Assembly: GCA_963726245.1 (NCBI GenBank)
Contig: CAVSBT010000004.1
Location: 1-12,590 of the forward strand
Source: an uncultured Chloroflexia bacterium
Lineage (GTDB): Bacteria > Chloroflexota > Dehalococcoidia > DSTF01 > JALHUB01
Length of the DNA: 12,590 nucleotides
Direction of reading: 5' to 3'
Below the pieces are notes generated by a model. The model ran no database searches and was not told where the DNA came from. It saw nothing but the letters and a program-made list of their open reading frames with translations. A program made the position numbers and the translations under genes. Of this stretch, positions 1 to 7,079 are shown piece after piece (the first letter of the stretch is position 1; the number at the start of each line of letters is the position of its first letter).

Positions 1-2
1 TC

Positions 3-71
3 AAGGAGCTCCCGCGGAACCCCCTGGGCAAGGTGCTGAAGACCGAACTGCGGAAGGCGCACGGCACCTAG
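3..71 (+). CDS. C-terminal fragment of an AMP-forming acyl-CoA synthetase (5' end outside the window)
   Basis: Manual translation from position 3 gives KELPRNPLGKVLKTELRKAHGT*. LPRNxxGKVLK is the A10 catalytic-Lys motif of ANL adenylate-forming enzymes. TAG at 69-71. Confidence 0.85.
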   Translation, partial: KELPRNPLGKVLKTELRKAHGT

Positions 72-156
72 CCCCGGCGCGGCCCGCCATAGGTTCCCCC
101 AGCCACGTAAGGACTGAGCTTCAGCACCGTCCGTCCGGGGTGGGTGTCAACGGATA

Positions 157-204
157 CCGAATGGATTAACGGATACCTATCGAATCCGCTATCAGTTAAT
201 TCGG
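157..204. terminator. Imperfect AT-rich hairpin between convergent genes (possible terminator or REP-like element)
   Basis: Nested inverted pairs CCGAA/TTCGG, TTAAC/GTTAA and GGAT/ATCC. No U-tract. Confidence 0.3.
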
Positions 205-242
205 CGTCACGTGGACCGGACCCGGCTCAGAACGAACTTCCG

Positions 243-1049
243 CTACGGTGCCACGAGCGGCACGCACTGGCCCGTGGCACCACGTGACACTGTGTTCAGG
301 CTTCCGCCAGAGTCGCCGATCTGAGGCGCCGGCGAATTCGCCGAGCAGTTGAGTTTGCCTGAGATCACGTTGGTTACAACCTCATTTGCGTCGGGGTCAA
401 AGGTCACGTTCTGGTGGAAGTTGACGTTGCCCGACACGGTGTTGCGGATGAACCCGAGCCAGCAGGAGTGCCAATTGGTGATGACGGCATTGCCCCCGAT
501 GACGTTGTCTTCGAACGTAGCGTACGCGGGCGAGCCTTCCAGGATGGCTTGCGAGTCGCAATTGACGCCGCCGCCGCCGCCGCTGACAATCGCGTTCCCA
601 TTAATCACGCTCTTGTGCACAAGGACCGCCAGGGCCCGGTTGGCGATCAGGTTCCCGCCGATCACGTGGTGGGTCATCAAGGTGCCGACTTCTTGATCGG
701 GATCATTGAAGCAGATGAATGCCTCAGGCTCACAGCCCAGGACGAGCACGCCGTTTGGCTGGACGTTGAGGTTCTGACCCACGGTCAAGTCAGAGCCGCC
801 GAACGCAGCGAACAGTGCTCCGCCTGACAGGATGGTCACGCCGTGCTGGACCGTCACTGAGCCGGAGTCGAGGGCGCAGGGACCCGCAACCGTCAGCGAT
901 GAATAGGTGCCGGATGCGATCGATCCTCCGGCGCACGTATAGGGAGCGGCGCCGGCGGCGCTGGCGCTCGTTGAGTTGGTGCCCACCGAGGCACCCGCCA
1001 ACATGGCGACTGCCAGGAACGACAAGAGAACAAACTGGATCCTCCTCAT
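243..1049 (-). CDS. Secreted Cys-rich hypothetical protein, probable beta-solenoid (268 aa)
   Basis: RBS GAGAGGAG before ATG; Sec-type signal peptide (MRR, hydrophobic core, ASA); 8 Cys; recurring (N/H/S)x(I/V)xG(N/K) strands (HVIGGN, SVINGN, NVIGGN, NTVSGN, NVISGK). Confidence 0.8.
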   Translation of the reverse strand: MRRIQFVLLSFLAVAMLAGASVGTNSTSASAAGAAPYTCAGGSIASGTYSSLTVAGPCALDSGSVTVQHGVTILSGGALFAAFGGSDLTVGQNLNVQPNGVLVLGCEPEAFICFNDPDQEVGTLMTHHVIGGNLIANRALAVLVHKSVINGNAIVSGGGGGVNCDSQAILEGSPAYATFEDNVIGGNAVITNWHSCWLGFIRNTVSGNVNFHQNVTFDPDANEVVTNVISGKLNCSANSPAPQIGDSGGSLNTVSRGATGQCVPLVAP

Positions 1050-1287
1050 GAGTTCGCACTCCTCTCAAGGAACTAACGGCGAGTGGCGGGGACAGTCGTG
1101 TAGCTAGCACAGGAGCCACGGGCCTCACCCGTCCTGAGTCAGCGCATCTGAGCCATCACCCCCTCCCTCCGCTGTGAGTATCCGGTGAGGACGCGACGGG
1201 CGGCCTCCCCTGAAAGCTGAGATCCGCCTGCTCGATCCAGTGATCGGCTTTGGCGGAAGGTGTTGCCATACCATGGGATGAGCGCAA

Positions 1288-1353
1288 CGGGCGCAGCGCG
1301 CAGAGCACGCCTGCGTTGGCTCACCGCACAACTAGACGCTTTTCCCTCACCGC
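1288..1353. repeat. Copy A of a diverged intergenic direct repeat
   Basis: 1321-1353 TCACCGCACAACTAGACGCTTTTCCCTCACCGC matches 2295-2327 at 29/33; 1288-1307 matches 2245-2264 at 16/20. Confidence 0.8.
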
Positions 1354-1378
1354 TTCTTGATGCAGGCGTCTTGACCGG

Positions 1379-1840
1379 TCACCGGACGACGTCGGTGGCG
1401 TACTTCGCCATCGCCCGACCAATATCGGCGGGGCTGAGTAGTCCTCGCTCATCGACCGGGAGCCGGCTTAGGTCACGGAAGTACTCGATGTAGAGATCGG
1501 GAGTCAGGGTGTTGATGAACTTGGCCGGCTCGTCGAACGGGTTGCAGAAGGTGTGCGGAGTACCCGCTGGCACCGTGACGTAGGATCCGGCCTCCACGTC
1601 GGAGCTTTCCGCTCCAGACGTGAACCGCAGCTTGCCTTGGGTCACGATGAACACCTCATCGTGATCGTGGTGCACATGTTGGGGCGGCATAGCGGGGCCC
1701 GGTGGCACGGTCGCCTCGATGAGGCCCAGGCGGTGCGAGGTGTGGGACCCGTCCTCGATGATCCGGATTCGGATGGGACCTCCGCCCGACTGCTCGCCAT
1801 CGTTCGGCCGCACGACACGGATACTCACCAGGTTCTCCAT
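1379..1840 (-). CDS. Cupin domain protein (153 aa)
   Basis: Cupin motif 1 PQHVHHDHDEVFIVTQG and motif 2 GSYVTVPAGTPHTFCN; purine-rich RBS (AGGAGAGGAG) upstream of ATG. Confidence 0.92.
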   Translation of the reverse strand: MENLVSIRVVRPNDGEQSGGGPIRIRIIEDGSHTSHRLGLIEATVPPGPAMPPQHVHHDHDEVFIVTQGKLRFTSGAESSDVEAGSYVTVPAGTPHTFCNPFDEPAKFINTLTPDLYIEYFRDLSRLPVDERGLLSPADIGRAMAKYATDVVR

Positions 1841-2244
1841 CTCTCTGCTCCTCTCCTTTTCCTTTCAAGTGTTCCGGTTGGCACCGCAAACTAGGTCTAG
1901 GGCTGCCTACTGGCTCTTCCGCAATCATGACGGCGAAGCAGGAGGCCTCCAAGCTTAGATGCCATGCCCAATCAGCGTTCGGCGAGGCTCTGAACGGCTC
2001 AGCTTCGCCGTCCCGCATAAGAACCGGCAATCAACGGCGTGCACGTCCCGCGATGCGGAGCGCCCTTAACCTGCTGGCCAGCAGCCCCAACGCCGGGCGG
2101 GAACCCACGAGCCACGCCGTACTCAATTCTGGGCGCCAAGCGTGCGTTTAGTCTGGAGATCACGGAAGATCCCGTGAAGAAGGTGTGAACGATTCAGGGA
2201 TTCTGCCGCCCGCTGTTCACCAGTAGTCTCTGCGGCGGATCTGG

Positions 2245-2327
2245 CGGTCGCAGCGCGGGAAGCATACCCGCCGAGGGAGGCGCCAGCGCTGGTTTCACCG
2301 TATAACTGGACGCTTTTCGCTCACCGC
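2245..2327. repeat. Copy B of the diverged intergenic direct repeat
   Basis: 2295-2327 is TCACCGTATAACTGGACGCTTTTCGCTCACCGC. 2281-2327 aligns to 1308-1353 at 39/47 columns; B has a 16-nt insertion (2265-2280) relative to A. Confidence 0.8.
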
Positions 2328-2418
2328 CGGTAGCTTCCTGAACCTGTTTGGCACGGCGCATGGTGGTCGCGGACTTCTAGACCGTTTCCCATCCGTTGTC
2401 TGATGTCGCGGTCCCCTA

Positions 2419-2427
2419 TGCTAGAAT
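2419..2427 (+). promoter_or_regulatory. Extended -10 promoter element for the SDR operon
   Basis: TG-C-TAGAAT (TGnTAnnnT), ending 28 nt before ATG 2456. Confidence 0.55.
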
Positions 2428-2455
2428 GGTGCCACCCCATTCGAAAGGTCCGGCC

Positions 2456-3215
2456 ATGGATCTCGGCTTGAAGGACAAGGCGGCCATCGTCACCGGCTCC
2501 AGCCGCGGCATCGGGCGCGCCATCGCCCTTGCCCTGGCCGAGGAGGGCTGTCACGTCGCCCTCAGCGCCCGCGGCGAGGAGCGCCTGCGCCAGACCGAGG
2601 CCGAGGTGCGGGCGAAGGGCGTCCGCGCCCTCGGCGTGGTGGCCGACCTGACGAAGGGCGAGGACGTCGACCGGCTGGTGGCGGAGACGGCCGCCGCCTT
2701 CGGGCGCATCGACGTGCTGGTGAACAACGTCGGCGGCTCCTGGCCGGGCGACGAGGACGAGGCCTGGGACTCTGTCTACCAGGCCAACATCCTGGCCGCC
2801 GTGCGGGCCACGCGGGCGGTCGTGCCGCACATGCGGCGGGCCGGCGGCGGCAGCATCGTCCACATCGCCTCCATCTGGGGTCGCGAGGCCGGCGGCCCCA
2901 TCCCCTACAACGCCATGAAGGCGGCCATGATCAGCCACGCCAAGAGCATGGCCCTGGCCCTGGCCCGCGACAACATCCGCGTCAACTCGGTGGCGCCGGG
3001 CTCGACCGCCTTCCCAGGTGGCTCGTGGGGACGGCGCCTGGAGGAGGACCCCGAGGGCATGAAGGCGTTCGTCGAGGCCAACATAGCCATGCGTCGCTTC
3101 GGCCGGCCGCGAGGAGGTGGCGGCTGTGGTCGTCTTCCTGGCCTCGGAGCGGGCCTCCTGGGTCACGGGCGCCTGCGTCAACGTCGACGGCGGGCAGACC
3201 CGCTCGAACATCTAG
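2456..3215 (+). CDS. SDR family oxidoreductase with a +1 frameshift at ~3110
   Basis: Begins [20 protein letters not shown]; has VNNVG and YNAMK motifs. Removing one base at ~3110 restores the canonical end [38 protein letters not shown] (TAG 3213-3215). Confidence 0.9.
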
Positions 3216-3227
3216 CGGGGGGAGACG

Positions 3228-4181
3228 GTGTCCCTGGAGCGATACCTGGGCCAGCTCTTCCTGGCCTGGTTCAACCAGCGCCACGGGCGGGACTTCGCCC
3301 TGCTGCCCGAAGCCGGGGCCGTCCAGACGGGCCCTTCGGCCGGCGACGGGATGGCGGCGGCTCGGCTCTGGGCCGGCGACGGCGAGCACCGCCTGGCGCT
3401 TATCGTGGACCGGCTGTACGAAAGCGAGGACGCGGCGTGGGACAGTCGCCGCCGGCAGCTTGAGGACCGCCTTAGCCACGCCCTGCACGCGCCCCACCTG
3501 CTCTGGATGCCGCCCCAGGCGCGGCTCCCGGGCGCCGAGCCCGAGGAGTCGGAGTTTGTGCTGCGGGTGCAGATGGGGGCGGCGCCCCTGGTGGCCGGCG
3601 GCCGCGGCGAGGTGTCGCTGCTGGTGCCGCTGAGGTTGGGGAAGACGCAGGACGACGGCGCCTACGTGTCGGTGGTGGGCGGGCTCTCCCGCTACTGGAC
3701 TGCCATCTCAGAGAGGGTACGGGGCGTTTTCGACCTCGACAGCACCGCCTTGCACCGGCTGTCGCGGCGGCCCGAGGTTCGGGAGGAGATCCTGGCCCGC
3801 ATCGCCGACCACAGCTCGCGCCTGTCGGTGGGTGAGGGCGTGGAGTTCGAAGCCGAGGAGGCGTGGACCATCCAGAGGCTTGCCGACGGTGAGGCGACGT
3901 TCATCGTCGGCTGCCCGCCGTCCGTCGACCCTACCGACGGCACGATCCTGCGTCGGCTGATGCGCCGGCGGCTGGCGGCGGCCAACGAGGCGCTGGGCTC
4001 GCTGGAGGCGGACCTCAAGGCCCTGGCCCTGGTCGGGGTCTGGGAGTACGCCGAGGACGAGGGGGCCGGCGCCATTCTCCGCGGCTTCGACCCGGCCATC
4101 TTCAGCAACATCGACATCATCGCCATCCTGGCGGATGGCGACGTGCGCCCCGCCTTGTCCAGACTGCCCCATGACTCCTGA
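3228..4181 (+). CDS. Hypothetical protein (317 aa)
   Basis: GTG start after GGGGGAG RBS, 12 nt after the repaired SDR stop; strong G/C bias at third codon positions; stop overlaps the next ATG. No family recognised. Confidence 0.8.
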   Translation: MSLERYLGQLFLAWFNQRHGRDFALLPEAGAVQTGPSAGDGMAAARLWAGDGEHRLALIVDRLYESEDAAWDSRRRQLEDRLSHALHAPHLLWMPPQARLPGAEPEESEFVLRVQMGAAPLVAGGRGEVSLLVPLRLGKTQDDGAYVSVVGGLSRYWTAISERVRGVFDLDSTALHRLSRRPEVREEILARIADHSSRLSVGEGVEFEAEEAWTIQRLADGEATFIVGCPPSVDPTDGTILRRLMRRRLAAANEALGSLEADLKALALVGVWEYAEDEGAGAILRGFDPAIFSNIDIIAILADGDVRPALSRLPHDS

Positions 4182-5019
4182 GACTGCCGAAGACCTGCCG
4201 CTCTCCGGCTTCACCGTCCTCGAGCTGGGTGAGGGCGTCTCCGCCCCTTACTGCGGCATGCTCCTGGCCGGCTACGGCGCGGACGTGATCAAGGTCGAGC
4301 CGCCGGACGGGGACCCGGCCCGCCGCTGCGGTCCCTTCCCGGACGGACCCGCAGGCGTGGGACCGCCGGACGCGGAGAAGGGCGCCCTCTTCCTATATCT
4401 CAATGCCAACAAGAAGAGCGTCACCCTGGACTTCTCGACCGCCAGCGGGGCGCGGCTCCTGCGGCGCCTGGTGGAGCAGGTGGACGTGCTCGTCGAAAAC
4501 CAGCCTCCAGGGCGTCTGGAGGACATGGGCCTCTCCTACCGGGAGCTGGGGCGCCTCAACCGCAGGCTGCTCATGGTGTCGGTCAAGGCCTTCGGCGAAG
4601 GCCCCTATGGCCGCTGGAAGGCCGCGAACCTGACCCTTCTCGCCGCCGGCGGCCGGATGCGCCTCGATGGCGGCACTGACCGCGAGCCCATCCTCGGCGA
4701 CGGCTACCAGGCCGAGTACGAGGCGGGGCTGAACGCTTTCGCCGCTACCCTGGCAGCGCTCCTCGGTGTGGCGGTGATGGAGATCGGCCAGCACGTCGAG
4801 GTCAGCGCCATGGAGTGCCAGGCCTCCGTAGTGGAGGCGTGCCCGCCGGACCGGACCGACCGGCGGCCGGACATTCCGGGCCCGCCCTCCGACGGCGGTT
4901 GGGAATGGCGGGCCGGCCGCGCGCCCCTCCTGGGCGAGCACAACGAGGAGGTCTTCGGCGGGCTGCTGGGGCTGGAGCGGCCGGACCTGGTCCGGCTGCG
5001 CGCGGCCGGTGTGGTCTGA
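4171..5019 (+). CDS. Family III (CaiB/BaiF) CoA-transferase-like protein, shortened (282 aa)
   Basis: Motifs LSGFTVLELG, LAGYGADVIKVEPPDGDPAR, LNANKKSVTLD and C-terminal APLLGEHNEEV. ATG 4171 overlaps the upstream gene by 11 nt. Confidence 0.88.
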   Translation: MTPETAEDLPLSGFTVLELGEGVSAPYCGMLLAGYGADVIKVEPPDGDPARRCGPFPDGPAGVGPPDAEKGALFLYLNANKKSVTLDFSTASGARLLRRLVEQVDVLVENQPPGRLEDMGLSYRELGRLNRRLLMVSVKAFGEGPYGRWKAANLTLLAAGGRMRLDGGTDREPILGDGYQAEYEAGLNAFAATLAALLGVAVMEIGQHVEVSAMECQASVVEACPPDRTDRRPDIPGPPSDGGWEWRAGRAPLLGEHNEEVFGGLLGLERPDLVRLRAAGVV

Positions 5020-5032
5020 AGGGCCGTAGCGC

Positions 5033-6134
5033 ATGTACCGTCTTCCTCTTTCCGGCATCCGCGTCCTCGACCTGACGATGGGCTGGGCGGGCCCCTACGC
5101 GGGCCGCCTCCTGGGCGACATGGGCGCCGAGGTGGTCAAGATCGAGTCGGCAAGAGTCCCGGACGTCACCCGCTCGCTGGGTCCAGACGTGGTGAGGGGC
5201 TACAACAGGTCGATCTGCTTCAACCGCCTGAACCGAAACAAGCTCGGCTGCGCGCTGGACCTGTCGCATCCCGGCGGCCGCGAGCTGTTCCTGAAGCTGG
5301 TGGCGCGGAGCGACGCCGTCATCGTGGACCGCCGCGCCGGCGACCTGGAGGACGCGGGCCTCTTCCTACGACGCGCTGCGCCAGGCGAGGCCGGACGTCA
5401 TCCTCGTCTCCATCTCGGTGCACGGCAGCGAGGGGCCGGAGGCGGACGACACCGGCGCCACGCACGCGGCGACGGGCATCTCGGCCGCTGCCGCCCTCTG
5501 CGCCGCCCTCCTCTACCGGCGTCGCACGGGCCGCGGACGCTGGGTGGAGGTGACTCAAAGTGAGAGCCTGACCGGCCTCATAGGCGAGCCGCCGCTCCCG
5601 CGGAACCGCCACCGCTCGATGGCGCCCCACGGCTGCTATCCCTGCGCCGGCGAGGACCGCTGGCTGGCGATCGCCGTCGCCTCCGACGCCGAGTTCGCGG
5701 CCCTCTGCCGGGTCGTGGGCCGTCCGGAGCTGGCGGCCGACCCCCGCTTCGCCGACGTGGTCTCCCGCTATCGCCACCAGGACGAGCTGGACGAGGCGAT
5801 ATCGGCCTGGACGAGGGAGAGGACGCCACAGGAGGCGGCCCTGGCCCTCCAGGAGGCAGGCGTGGCCGCCTCGCCGGTGACCTCCGCCGCCGACCTCACG
5901 GAGGACCCCCACCTGCGGGAGCGCGGCTTCTTCGAGAGGACGGCCCACGCCGAGGCCGGCGTCTCGGAGATGGGCGGCGTCCCCTGGCGGCTGAGCCTGA
6001 CGCCGGCCCACGTCCGCCTCAGCGCCCCCTGCTTCGCCGAGCACAACGACTACGTCTTCCGCCACCTGCTCGGCCTCTCGGCCGGAGAGGTGGCGGAGCT
6101 GGAGCGTCAGGGCGTTATTGCATCCCACCCGTAG
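5033..6134 (+). CDS. Family III CoA-transferase-like protein with a +1 frameshift at ~5363 (366 aa when repaired)
   Basis: Motifs PLSGIRVLDLTMGWAGP, LGDMGAEVVKIES, NRNKLGCALDL. Deleting one T at 5363/5364 gives GLSYDALRQARPDVILVSIS and joins ORF 5418-6134 (RTGRG, PHGCYPC, DPRF, DPHLRERGFF, APCFAEHN). Confidence 0.88.
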
Positions 6135-7006
6135 GGGCGGCGGGCGACCGCCCAGATGTGGTTGCAGAAGTAGCGGTTCAGGGGCGGGAAGTAGCTGAAG
6201 GGGCGCAGGTAGCGCAGGAAGTCCAGCAGGCGCAGGCGCAGCGACAGCGGCGATGGGTAGGCGGCCGGCTCCCAGTAGAGGAGGCGCTCGACGTGAAAGC
6301 CGGCGTCCTCCAGGGCGGCCCGCAGGCTATCGCCGGTCTGCTCGTTGACGTGCAGGCGTCGCTCGTAGTCCGTGCGGGGGTAGCGCGGCGCGACCAGCAG
6401 GTCGGGCGAGAAGACGGCGTCGCGGTAGCGCAGGAGGCGGCAGGCCGCCGCCAGCGTCTGGTGCACGCGACGCGTGTAGGCGGGGTAGACGCGGTCGAGC
6501 AGAAGGCGGTTGGGCGAGGTGTGCGCCACCAGGCGGCCGCCGGGTCGCAGCACGCGCCGCGCCTCGGCCAGGGCGGCGGCCAGCTCGGGCGGCGCCAGGT
6601 GCTCCACCACGTCGGTCATGAAGGCGGTGTCGAAGGAAGAATCGGCGAACTCCAGGCGGCGGGCATCCATGACGGCGAAGGCGGCTCGCTCCTGGACGAC
6701 GGGCGGGTAGCCCGCCAGGGCCTGGCGGGCGATGGCCACCGCCGTCTCTGAGTAGTCGATCCCGACGGCGCGGGCGCCCCGCAAGACGGAGTGGATCACC
6801 AGCTCGCCGCGGCCGCAGCCGATGTCAAGGATGCGCTGTCCCGGCCGCACCTCGGCCAGGGAGAGCGCCTTGCGAAAGCGGGGCCCCAGGTGCCGCCCCC
6901 GGGAGGCCGCGAACTCCCGATAGCCCTCGGAGGCGCAGAGAAAGTAGGCTTCGTCGTACTCGGCGGCGTCGACGGCGGGTCTGCCTGCGTCCGGCTGTTC
7001 TTCCAT
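6107..7006 (-). CDS. Class I SAM-dependent methyltransferase (299 aa)
   Basis: Motif I LDIGCGRG, then GIDYS, MDARRL, DVVEHL and RVLRPGG. The 3' end overlaps the convergent gene by 28 bp. Confidence 0.92.
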   Translation of the reverse strand: MEEQPDAGRPAVDAAEYDEAYFLCASEGYREFAASRGRHLGPRFRKALSLAEVRPGQRILDIGCGRGELVIHSVLRGARAVGIDYSETAVAIARQALAGYPPVVQERAAFAVMDARRLEFADSSFDTAFMTDVVEHLAPPELAAALAEARRVLRPGGRLVAHTSPNRLLLDRVYPAYTRRVHQTLAAACRLLRYRDAVFSPDLLVAPRYPRTDYERRLHVNEQTGDSLRAALEDAGFHVERLLYWEPAAYPSPLSLRLRLLDFLRYLRPFSYFPPLNRYFCNHIWAVARRPYGWDAITP

Positions 7007-7079
7007 CAGCGCCCCTCGACCTGCCGTGCGGTCAGCACCCGCCGCTCATCGGGTGAGGCTCCCGCCGACTCCGCCGCCC

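Noticed and set aside
567-582. (GCC)n microsatellite
   Set aside because: It simply encodes the in-frame GGGGG run of the minus-strand protein.
1211-1263. TPP or glycine riboswitch (GCTGAGAT...GATCCAG...GCGGAAGG; CTGGAGA...GAAGG at 2153)
   Set aside because: The conserved ACCTGA (TPP) and CTCTCAGG (glycine) elements are missing, and the 1211-1263 copy has no same-strand gene downstream.
1288-1378. Repeats as integron attC sites (GTTGTGC and GTTATAC on the minus strand)
   Set aside because: No complementary RYYYAAC box after the cupin stop, no long attC palindrome, and no integrase in the window.
1875-1930. SAM riboswitch upstream of the cupin (minus-strand GGCAGCC...GGTGCCAA)
   Set aside because: Only short word matches; the SAM-I P1/P2 core could not be built.
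1927-2151. 74-aa plus-strand ORF in the large intergenic gap
   Set aside because: No RBS, no recognisable motif, and no clear codon bias.
2295-2322. Repeat core as a XerC/D dif or pdif site (CGTATAA resembles a XerC arm)
   Set aside because: No TTATG-type XerD arm after a 6-bp spacer, no dyad symmetry, and copy A lacks TATAA.
1321-2327. 33-bp repeats as a CRISPR array
   Set aside because: Only two copies, 974 bp apart, with a whole gene between them and no cas genes.
2355-2400. tRNA-like segment GGACTTCTAGACC
   Set aside because: No cloverleaf, T-loop (GTTCRA) or acceptor stem.
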